A stretch of DNA of 64,000 nt from Antedon mediterranea (lineage: Eukaryota > Animalia > Echinodermata): the NCBI RefSeq assembly GCF_964355755.1, contig NC_092678.1, positions 25,189,365 to 25,253,364 of the forward strand, read 5' to 3'. The notes under the pieces were generated by a model. The model was not told the DNA's origin. It saw only the letters and a program-made list of their open reading frames with translations, and searched no databases. The translations under genes and the position numbers were made by a program. Each line of letters begins with the position of its first letter. Position 1 is the first letter of the stretch. Of this stretch, positions 11,078 to 21,861 are shown one piece after another.

Positions 11078-13235
11078 ATGGCTTCCAGTGGTGATTTTGC
11101 TAAATTTCTAGAAGATATCGATGAAAAGGTTCTAGAGTGCCAAATATGCTTAAGTAGACTAAATGAACCCAGAACCTTAACATGTCTTCACAGCTTCTGT
11201 TTGGGTTGTCTTGACAACTGGTTGGAGAAAAATAAGAAAGAAACTTGTCCAACATGCTCCAAATCTTATCAGATTCCAGAGGGTGGGTTAGAAAAATTGC
11301 TACCAAACACATTTCTGAATAATCTATTAGAAACAATTGAACAATTTACAAATACAGATCAGATGAAATGTCTCTGTGGAAAGGAAAATGAAACTAAACA
11401 TTACTGTCAAGATTGCAGACAATATTTGTGCCATGATTGTAGTGATGCTCATAAGAAATATAGACTATTTAAGAATCATACATTGCATGCCGTGGAAGAA
11501 GTTCAATCTATGAGTATCAGTGAAATCAATGCGATGCATCCACCTCTGTGTTCCATCATCAATGAACCCAGTGTTTTGTAAAATATGCGATGTTGCCATA
11601 TGTATTCACTGTTCAATCATGGATCACAAGGAATGGGAAGGAAAAGACAAACACTTGACCATTAGCATAATAGATGCATTTAAAACATTTAAACAAACAT
11701 CAGAAGAATTGGAGAAAGTTGCTAAACAATGTACAGATAAATTAAATGATGATCTTGAAGTAATGAATGATTGTGTTAAGAAACTAGATGAAAAGAGGGA
11801 AAACAGTTTGAGAGGAATTGAAAATCATGTAGAGGAATTGGTAAGAAGAATAAAAGACAGTGGAGACAAATTAAAAAGTGAAGTGGAGGCAATGTACAAA
11901 ATAAAAAGGAAGGCATCTGATGCTGACATAGAGGAAGTGACAACGACTGTATCGTATATAAACACTAACATCAATTTGCTGCATCACCTAAAGAAGGGCA
12001 ACGAAGCAACGGCAATGTTATCTGGTAATGACGTCATTAGAGTGTTGGATGATAGGATCGGAGCAGCTTCTAAAACAAAATATAATGGAAATGCAGAGAT
12101 TAACTTTGTTAAAAACAAACCACAAATAGCTTCATTACAAGAGGATGTTGGAATAATTACAGAATCAAGAGCAGGTTATTTAGAGTTAAGAGGAGCTAAG
12201 AGCATGTCGGCAGGTCAAACATTCAATGTTAACATAATTAAAACTGATGAATGTGAAGTAAATGCAAATGACATAAAAGCTACATTGACACAACCAACAG
12301 GAGAAACTATCATCCCTGAAGTAGAAGAAGACATCAATGGTGACTATACTGTGATAGGTAGATGTACAAGTGCAGGGATTTGCAAGGTTGATGTTAGAGT
12401 TGATGGTGAACACATTAAGAAGTCACCTATGAGTATCAAAGTAGAGAAAGAAGGATTATTAACAATTTTAAAAACAGACAATGAAATTTCTAATGTAGTC
12501 AAATATGGAGAAGATTGCTTGCTTGTTTCATGTTGGGACAATGTTATTCACAAATACAAGCAATCAGGTAAATACATCAGTAAGGTTACACTCTCAGAAG
12601 GTGTGAAAGTAAACAGAATGATTACAATGGACAATGGTAATATAGCATTCAGTGATTGGGAGAATAACTGCATCACATTATGCACTATCAATGGTGAGGT
12701 GGTTAAATCATTTGGTAAGGGAGAGTTGACCCGTCCACCATGGGGTATTCATGTGGATGAAGCATCACATGTCGTGTATGTAGCTAATGATAATAATGTA
12801 GCCATGTTTAACATTGAGAGTGGCAAGCTGATTAAAAAAATAGCAACATGTGATGTTACAGGTTTAAAATTTGTAAATATCATTGATGTCACCCTTACAA
12901 GACAAGGACATATTCTAGTACTTTACCTTAACGAAAGCTGCTTAAAACAATTTGACAATGAAAGAAAGTTGATGAAGGTCATTGTCAATGAGGGTGATGA
13001 AGATGGTAAGGTGAAGCGCCCAAGAGCAGTAGTAGTTGATGATGATGACAATATCATAATAGCAAGTAACCACATAATACAGCTATTTAGTAATAGTGGA
13101 AAGTTCATTAAAAGGATTGATAAGAAAGAAGATGGAATCAAGTATCCAAGAAGATTATGCATCATATCACATCATCCACGTAGACTGGCAGTGGCAAATC
13201 ATGGTGACAAAACAGTAAAAATATTTTGTTATTAA
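11078..13235 (+). pseudogene. TRIM-NHL copy C, full length but frameshifted in B-box2
   Basis: Colinear with 3493-5661; 5-bp deletion (TTAAC) after 11569 explains the two overlapping ORFs; CSIH changed to CSII. Confidence 0.85.
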
Positions 13236-13322
13236 ATAAGAAGTAAATAATTGTTGTTGACATTCTTTTTTAGTGATGGAAATAAATAAGAAACCTTTTC
13301 AACAAAAATATATTTGGGAAGG

Positions 13323-13508
13323 AGATGAATTCATTTAATAATTACAATAAGTAAATAAGCTTTGAACAATTAGTAGATGAATTCATTTAATAATTAAAAT
13401 AAGTTTTGAACAATTAGTAGATGAATTCATTTAATAATTACAATAAGTAATAAGCTTTGAACAATTAGTAGATGAATTCATTTAATAATTAAAATAAGTA
13501 AATTAGTA
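13323..13508. repeat. Minisatellite, ~4 copies of a 44-52 bp unit
   Basis: Repeated AGATGAATTCATTTAATAATTA...TTGAACAATTAGT. Confidence 0.85.
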
Positions 13509-14050
13509 GGCTTAAGACGGAATTATTTAATTGTTTTTTTTCACAGAAATGTTTATAAACGTTTATCTTTCTATTGAACTTGTCAAATGACAATTAATCT
13601 GATATTAATTATACTGGCGCCGTGAGGTAATTTCTTGATTGATCGTAGTCAAAACGGTACTGGGTTTGGTCTACTAGCATTCCTGCTCCCATCCATTCAT
13701 AGAAGCTTTGATGAAGTAAGCTTCCTGGTGGTGGCCATAGAACGGTCCCGAATGATGTCTATCTGTATTTAGAAGGCACCGTGTATGAACGGGTGCCGCC
13801 GTTGTAAAGGTGCAGTTTCAATAAATTATATTATAATTTATATTATTTATGAATGTTTATCTTTCTATTGAACGCTAAATGAAAAACATTTAACTTTGTA
13901 TGTGTCAATCAAAGCAACAGATTAATAAAATGCAGTCAGAATTAGTTTGTATTCAATTTATTTAAGAACTCAATATGTATTTACAAAGAGATTAGGTGTC
14001 TGAATTTACTTGGAAACAATTTTAATCAGCTTGCAAATAATTTTGTCAAA

Positions 14051-17000
14051 CTATTTCTTTTTCTTGCCCTTCTTTCCACTCTTCTTTCCTTTTTTCTTTC
14101 CTTTTTTCCCCTTTCCGTCATCTTCATCATTACCCTCTGCTGCCTTTGCACGTTTCTTTCCCAGAGGGGTTTTTGCATACCAACTCTGTAATGTAATTTC
14201 AATTATTTCTTAAGCTCTGTCTACATTATCAAACTAGACAAAAAAAATGTGATGTGCCCAAATATGGTAGGGATATGTTCAAATATGGTAGTGATATGAC
14301 ATCATCATGTCTATATATGGGCACATCACATTTTTGATAGTTTGACAGAGCTTTAAAGTTATCGTTCATACATTTCTGTTCATATATTAAGTATTGAAAC
14401 TTAAATTAAAGGCTTACTTAATAAAGAACTTACTTTGAACGCTTCTTCTTCCTCTTTGTATATTGGGTCGATCCGAGCCAACGACGGCACAAACTCGGCA
14501 GCAGTTAGAGGTCGCTTTGCCAGTTGTGATACCCTCCTCTCTGACAACACCTGTTGGCAGGCTGTCACAATGTGCTTCTGTGTGTAGCCATCGCTGATCT
14601 TGGTCAGTGAGCTAACATCCAGATGTTGAGTTATGATTCCATTCTGTTTGATTATCAGACTGTTCCATAACACTGCAGCAGTAGATAGAAAATGTAATTC
14701 TTATTCTTTATTGTCAAAAACATACAAAACAAAAACAAAAAAACCACAAAGTTGGCAGGGAACTAAATTCCTATGGCTAAGAGCCAGTGTTATCCTCTTA
14801 CCCAGTTCAACAACTTAATTTATTTAACTGTACAAATATTTTATTTGATTATCAGCAGTAGATAGAAAAATATATTTATTTCACAATACAAATTCATACA
14901 AACAACAAAAAACACTACAGAATCGGTTCTATGACTTACAATGCCTTGATGCGTAATCAGGTCTTGGAATCAGAACGATCTTTTGGAAAGCACCGGTCAA
15001 TCCTTTCATTTCGCATTCAAATGGACAACGAGACGTTCCGACAAACAGGATGCGATCCTCTGGTTTCAGCCCTTTCAACATTTTTGGAATTTCTTTCTTC
15101 AACCGTTTTGGGTCAGTCTATGGGAAAAAAGTTACATTATTATGGCTGACCTATGAGGATGTGTTTGTTGGTAACAGAGGTTTTGTTTGCTTTGAGACGA
15201 ACCAGAAGAGATCACAATATGTGGTGATATCAGAACGTTAAACTCATCAAGATCAATAGTTCACATCAAAACTTCGAGTGATCACCGGAGACACTCTAGG
15301 GTTTATGATCATTCACAATGTCGAGAAATCCTGGAGAGACCCCATTCACACCAACCTAGCAACACTGGAGTTTTTTTAATAAATCATAAATACCTCCCTG
15401 TATTCTGTTTGTTTGCATCGCGTAAAAGTAGAATAGTTTTTACCTAAACTTTGCTAGTTTACCTTGTCTGTCTTTGGAACTTTTTTCAGCCAAGTTCGTT
15501 CGGCATCGTTGATGAGGATGACAGATGGTTGTAGGTTCCTAGCGACTTTCAACACAAGATGCATCAACATTGTCAATCCACTCTTTCCTGGATATTTACT
15601 TGAGATATTCGAGGCTGTTAAGTCAAACAGATTTGCTCCCGTCTCGGTGCAAATGGCGTGGACTAAGCTACGTTTTCCTGTTCCACGAGGTCCCGCGAGC
15701 AAAAGCGACTTTATGAATGGTGCTTTTTCATGTACAGCCTGAGAGCCTATCAAGAAAGCATTGATTATTTAAAAGCAGTAATAATTAATAATATATCTTT
15801 TGAATCCCAACAGCTCAACTTTTATTTACATTTATTCACTTCACTCTTTCATTTTATTAGAAGTAATAATATTTACCAAGCGGGAGAATTCCATATAGCG
15901 CCACCAGTTGGCGGACATCCGATAACGATGGCATGGGTTCAATGTTGGCCTGTCGTAGAGTAGTTCCTAAGTAGCTGTATTCACCTTCGTAATCTCTCAA
16001 GTGGAACTTGGGACAGCGGACCAGAACTCCTTCTGTTACCAACTCCTCATACAATGAATCTATTGTTCTTTTACAGAAAGTTTAGAAGAAGCATTATTAT
16101 TAATGGTCAGGGGAAGGACTTTGCAGTGTTATCTAATCTAGTTAAGACTAATAAAAAAAATTTTAAAAACCTAATAATTATATTCTTTTATGATCCGACT
16201 ATACATATATATTTGTTTTGCATTCAATTTGAGTAAGTTACGTTACTAACCTATCAGGAGTAAGATCCTTTTCTTTCTTTCCTTTTTTCTTTCCTTTTCC
16301 GCTCTTCTTTCCACTCTTTTTCTTCTTTTTCTTGCCACTTTTCTTTCCACTCTTCTTTCCCTTTTTACCTTTTTTGCCCTTCTTTCCCTTATCTCTATCC
16401 ACAGCCTACAAAAATAAACAAAATGATCAAGTTTTTTAACCACAAATCATGCGACACCAAGTTGATTCTTTACCATTACAGAATATTAACATCAAACAAA
16501 ATAGTAATATTTACCAGTTTGAGATTTTTCAATTCCTGTCGCATCAGTTCATCGACCTGTTGCCTTATTTCGGTCTCGACCTCGATTCGTTTTGCCTCTT
16601 TGATCAACTCTGCATCGTATTTCTGACTGAAATTATTCTCCTCATTCCGAGTCTTCCACACACCTGTATAAAATCATTATTATAAATAAATTCCTGTCAT
16701 TTGATTGGACAATTTTGGGTCACATGCTGTGCAATAGTACGTATTATTTAACAACCTTTTATTTCCAGTACTATGTGAATAAAATATTGTATATTATATA
16801 ACACCTAAATATTAATTCCTTTCATTTGATTGGACGATTGTGGGTCACATGGCGTACAATAGTATGTACTAAAAAATTGTAAAATAATATAATGCCTACT
16901 TTCATAATCTTTGGATGATTCATCAACTGTTGCAAGAAACTTGGAAGGCTGAAGTTTAAAGCCTTCTTCTTCCTCCTATAACAAATGACACAAAAGAACA

Positions 17001-19172
17001 TCAGTTTTTATTATTTTACACAAAATGATGTATCTCAATTTCTCATAGCAATTTTTAAAGCATTTTAATGAGAGCAATGTAATGTAAATCTGTCCTCTCC
17101 TGTGGATAAATGAAGTATATTGATCATAACATGAAGTTTTTTCCAGAACTACATACGTGATGTACCGCAAATCCATCAATCTGATGACCCAAGACTAATT
17201 GTCCTAAAAACATGCCTACAGTAAACTTACTTCTTCATCTCCTTTGCCCTTTTTGCCTTTTTTGCCCTTTTTGTCTTTCTTTTTGTCTTTTTTCTTATCC
17301 TTTTTGTCTTTTTTGCCCTTCTTTCCTTTTTTTCCTTTGTCATCCTCTTTTTCAAGTAGCTCTGCTTCCACCTACAATGGAGGAAAACAGTTTTTTATGA
17401 ATTTAAACAATGAGTTTGTAACTGAATAGAATCTGTTAAAACCCCATTTATTACAATTGTTACAGTACCTCTTCCGGTGTTTTCTCTTTAAAAATTAACA
17501 CTGATCCACCTTCATCTTCATCCGGATAGTCTGGGAATTTCCCAGTCGCATCCCGGCATTCCAGAAACCATTGCCTTATCTGATCCTGCATGGTTTCCTT
17601 GATGTCAGGGCCTTCAACTTCACGGAGCTTGTCTTTAATAGAGACCAACGCTTTCTGGTAATCCCTCTCATGGTCTGTTTGTGCGACTCGTCTGGAATGC
17701 TCTGTTTTATCTGCTAGGTATTGAGGTGTATTCTTAGGATTAGTAGACTGAGGTGGCGCTATCTAAAATAATAATCATGAAAAATTGTGTACAACTATGA
17801 CATTGTGAGAGAGAAAATAGTTAACAACACATATTTCATGGCATCAAAACGTTATTTTATATATTATATCAAAAGTTATTTACTAAAAAAATGTTTATTA
17901 ATGAAAATACCATACCATTCCAATAAACATCATCTCTTCAATACGTTCTCGTTTAGCCCTCTTACGGACGGAAAATCCTTTCCATGTTTTCTGGATCCTG
18001 ACAGCCGCAACGTCTGCGTCTAAAGTCGGTGCGCCACGATTGGCTGCCAGTCTCTCTCGTTCCTCTTGTAACCGGATCTCTCTCATGAACTTAGCACGCA
18101 GCCTGCCTTGACGTGCCCTCTCGTGAATTTGTATAAGGCGAATTGCTTCATCGGGGGTCATTTTCATTTCCTCCTCTTTCGCTTCTTGTGGTCCCATTTT
18201 TGCAAGAATCTGGCCGAGTAGTTTCTCACGATCTTGTAACACCTTGCTCCGTTCATTGATAAAATATTTTGGAATTGGTATTTCAATATCTCCCTGTGTA
18301 TAAAATAGGATTTAATTTAGGCCTACAATTAATACTAATAATACTGTAATATTAATAAAAGCATTTATAATACGCCATATATCCAATGAATGATTGCTCA
18401 TGCGCAGTACAGTACATACAATATCAATTTATAGTTAAAACAAACAGCTGTTCTCTGCAATTTTAACTCAAGAAAGAACATAAAATGGTGGCTTACAGGT
18501 GCTAGTTTCAAATCAGACAAAATATCATCAAAATAATGAAACTCTGAAAGTTCTAGCAGAACAAGCTCATTCTTTAATTCGAGCACTCTTCCCATTACGC
18601 CATCAAGCACGTGTCGAATCACTCTCCTCTTTTGCGGATGAACGATCTGGTCGTAGCACTGCTCAAGCTTGTGAAAAATATGGATATATTTGATGTACAT
18701 AGTTGCTAAGTTTTGAAAGGCGGTGAGACGATCCTTTTCTGGTTTCTGTGGCTCTGCTGGAAGCTCTTGTGTCAAAAGGTCATTCAAACTTGCCTGGGCT
18801 TCGACCCATTGTCTCTGATATGCACTAAAAATAAAATGAAATAAAATATTATTATATAAGAATAAAAAGTATATGTAAAGTATAATATTTATTTATTACT
18901 TTATAGGAATCAATTTTAGGCCTAAAATACAACACTGACATTTATTGCCTTAGGCCTACTATTGAAAAGGAAAACTCATTTTCAGGAGGCCTAGTAGCAT
19001 CTCTTTTTTTAAATTCACATTTACCCACCACACCACACACTGTGCACAGCACACAAGTACACACAGTAAAACTGCTCTCTGTATACTGAAGCTACTACAA
19101 TGTTAGTTGTGTTTATGGACGTTTTTTTCTAAAATAAGCCACATAAATATAATTTACTTACGTGTGAGACAT
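14051..19172 (-). CDS. IQCA1: IQ and AAA domain-containing protein 1 (dynein regulatory complex subunit 11), multi-exon
   Basis: 11-nt first coding exon ATGTCTCACAC|GT; [18 protein letters not shown]; [14 protein letters not shown]; IQ motif [11 protein letters not shown]; Walker A GPRGTGK; last exon [13 protein letters not shown] to TAG at 14051. Confidence 0.93.
14212..14352. mobile_element. PIF/Harbinger-type MITE family A. Other copies: ~33492-33647, ~34567-34687, ~43207-43344, ~44936-45068, ~50811-50970, ~62908-63071; partial at ~51673-51792, ~52150-52228, ~54874-55020, 61693-61763
   Basis: TIR AGCTCTGTCTACACTATCAAAC, core GTGATGTGCCCAAATATGGTAGTGATATG; matching TTA/TTA or TAA/TAA duplications at several copies. 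Confidence 0.88.
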
Positions 19173-19299
19173 ATTTACACGCAATATTTTCTACAAACAA
19201 CCAAAGAAAATATTATTCAACTAACAAAATGATCAAAAAGATCACATCAACAAACTGCTCTCGTTCATTTTGCTGGTGCTGCATGTTGTTGTTGTAATC

Positions 19300-19313
19300 G
19301 TTGTCATAGCAAC
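19300..19313. promoter_or_regulatory. RFX X-box upstream of IQCA1
   Basis: GTTGTCATAGCAAC fits the palindromic X-box consensus, ~130 bp upstream of the ATG of a motile-cilium gene. Confidence 0.75.
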
Positions 19314-19976
19314 TTGGAAGGAAGTATAGAGGGCGTTTTACAAAAATAATGTGGGTATTTCCCACGCTTGTTTTTAGAGCTACTTCCGATTTTTCAACGG
19401 CGTGGTTTGTTTTCTGTGAGGTAGGCCTACTAGTAGTACTAGGCTAGTCCTAGGCCCCTAGTTGGTTTTTTTATAATTTTGTAGTTTTAGTTTTCAAAAA
19501 TGATTTGTATTGGTTTTATGAATATGTAAATCTACCTAGCCTCGGCCCTAGCTAGTAGTAGTAGGCCTAACCTACTAGAGGCCTACCTAGAGAGGCTACT
19601 TTCTAAGCCTGACAGACTTTTTCGACACACAACACAGTGAGTGTGTAGGCCTACACCCGGGCGGGGCCTAGGCCTAGGACATAAAATAATAATATTATAT
19701 GGTCTAGGCCAACACGTTTCTTTATTTATTTCTACTTATTATAGTAATTAAAAGAAACCTGAAAATTGTCATTGTAGATTTTCAAAATGATTCAATTTAT
19801 TTAATAAATAATTTTTTTTTTATAATAAATTTTAATATTTTAATTGGGTTATCAACACACTTAACCGTGCATATGTAATTTTTCCAAATAAGTATCAGTG
19901 GTCAATGTTTTTTTCCACCCATTAAATTATTTTTCTCGCCACATTCAACACATTCATTATCAGTAGGCGTACCGGT

Positions 19977-21025
19977 CCTACTAAACACCACCAGATACCA
20001 CCAGATACCTACTAGAGCAATAAATCCTACCACCAGAGAGCAGCCACCTGTTTGGAATTGATTATTAAGGGTATATTGCAAATTTCAAAGCTTATTTCTT
20101 TCAGAAACTGATAAAAATTGAAGTTTAGAGTTGAATTTCTCGCCGTCGTATTCCAGAACCGAATGCGTTTGATAAACATTATAGCAACGAAACGAACGCA
20201 TTCATCCGTGTCTCTTGCGTATTGTATTCAACGGTCAACTATGAGGCGCTACCGATGCTTTTTTGTTACTTTAGTCAGTCCCATAAAATACACCAATCGA
20301 TTGCGCGATTAGTCTTTCTTTTGACATTATGTTTTTATCATGTTTTGTATGTCAAAATCGGTAACGATAACATAACAAATAGCATACGATAACATTTTTT
20401 TTGCACATTAATTTTAATTATTTCCCTTTGTTGCAGACTCATCCAAAATTTCAAGGTCATTATTTAGCTTTACTAATTCAATCTCATAATTATAGCATTA
20501 AGAGCAATTAAATAAAAAATGTTGTATATTTTCTATTTCACCAGATATTTCTTTAGACATAAAATACACGGTAATATCAAGTTAAAACTTCTGTTTTATT
20601 TTCTCTTTCCACATTCCTATTCTATAATGAGTTTACTCTATTTTAACATACGATTACCATCACTGACAAAAGGTAGTTGGCATTAAGTTTTATTTATTTT
20701 TAATAAATGTTATAGTGTACAGAAACGAATTTCTGATTTTATTTGACCAAATAAATTTGGTAGCGCCTCATAGTTGACCGTTGAATACAATACACACGAG
20801 ACACGGATGAATGCGTTGGTTTCGTTGCTATAATGTTTATCAAACGCATTCGGTTCTGGAATACGACGGCAAGAAATTCAACATTAAACTTCAATTTTTA
20901 TCAGTTTCTGAAAGAATTAAGCTTTGAAATTTGCAATATACCCTTATTAATAAATTCCAAACAGGTGGCTGCTCTCTGGTGGTAAGATTTATTGCTCTAG
21001 TAGGTATCTGGTGGTGTTTAGTAGG
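19977..21025. mobile_element. Foldback/Mutator-like non-autonomous element with ~270-bp TIRs
   Basis: 19977-20253 is the near-exact reverse complement of 20759-21025; flanks CGTACCGGT / CGTACAGTT (7/9). Confidence 0.85.
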
Positions 21026-21861
21026 CGTACAGTTACACGTCATTAGCATTTCCTGTTCACAACGCCTGTGGACGTCGCCCTCATTATTTGGCAAACATCA
21101 TTTCCTTTTTCATTATCTATGGTCAATGTTTGCCTTCTCTAATTGGTTCAAATTATTGATTAGATTACGTGGGAAATTCCCAGACAATGTACATTATCTC
21201 ACTGCATGATTTATTATACTCTTCCTGTTTCATTGAAAAATTAGCAATTTCATTGTACTGTAAGTAATTTGTTTTTTAATCATATTGTTAATTATAATTT
21301 ATTGTAATTGTTAATTTATGTAAATTAACATTTGTTTAAAACATTGAAAATGCAGTCAGTGTGTTGTATGTCTTATAAAGTGCTGGTAGGGCAATTACTG
21401 TAATTACTTTATTCATATACCTCCATGCTTTATTGGATTATATCAATCATTAATAGGGCTGAACATTAACACACATAAAACACGTCCAGCTACAAAAATC
21501 ACATTCATAATATTTCTCCTCAGACTGAAGCTTATCAAAAAGTTAAAAAATGTTTGTTATTAGATAGAATAACATTGTTACGCACAACCATTTAAATCTT
21601 GTTTGGCATAACAAGAGGCCTGTAGGGCAGTTTGTCTAATGTTTTTAAAACAACATTTTTATCGTATTGTATCATTTTCATTTAAATGTTCTTTTGTCAA
21701 AGTTAGGTATCCTTGATCTGGTAGACAATAAAATGGTTCTGAATCTAAAAACTTTTCCTTTCCAAATATTATCATTAATTTAATTTACGTGGAAATTGCC
21801 TTAAATTGCTCTTTTTTCATGGTTTTCAGTTTCATTATTTTCAAATTTGACAGTTTTAGAA

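Noticed and set aside
14647-14870. Partial duplicate of an IQCA1 acceptor region (CAGCAGTAGATAGAAAA twice)
   Set aside because: The second copy has lost the acceptor AG context; likely a small local duplication of no evident consequence
17229-17345. Low-complexity (CTTTTT)-like tracts here and at 16270-16390 and 14054-14115 as repeats
   Set aside because: They are Lys/Gly-rich coding segments of IQCA1 on the minus strand
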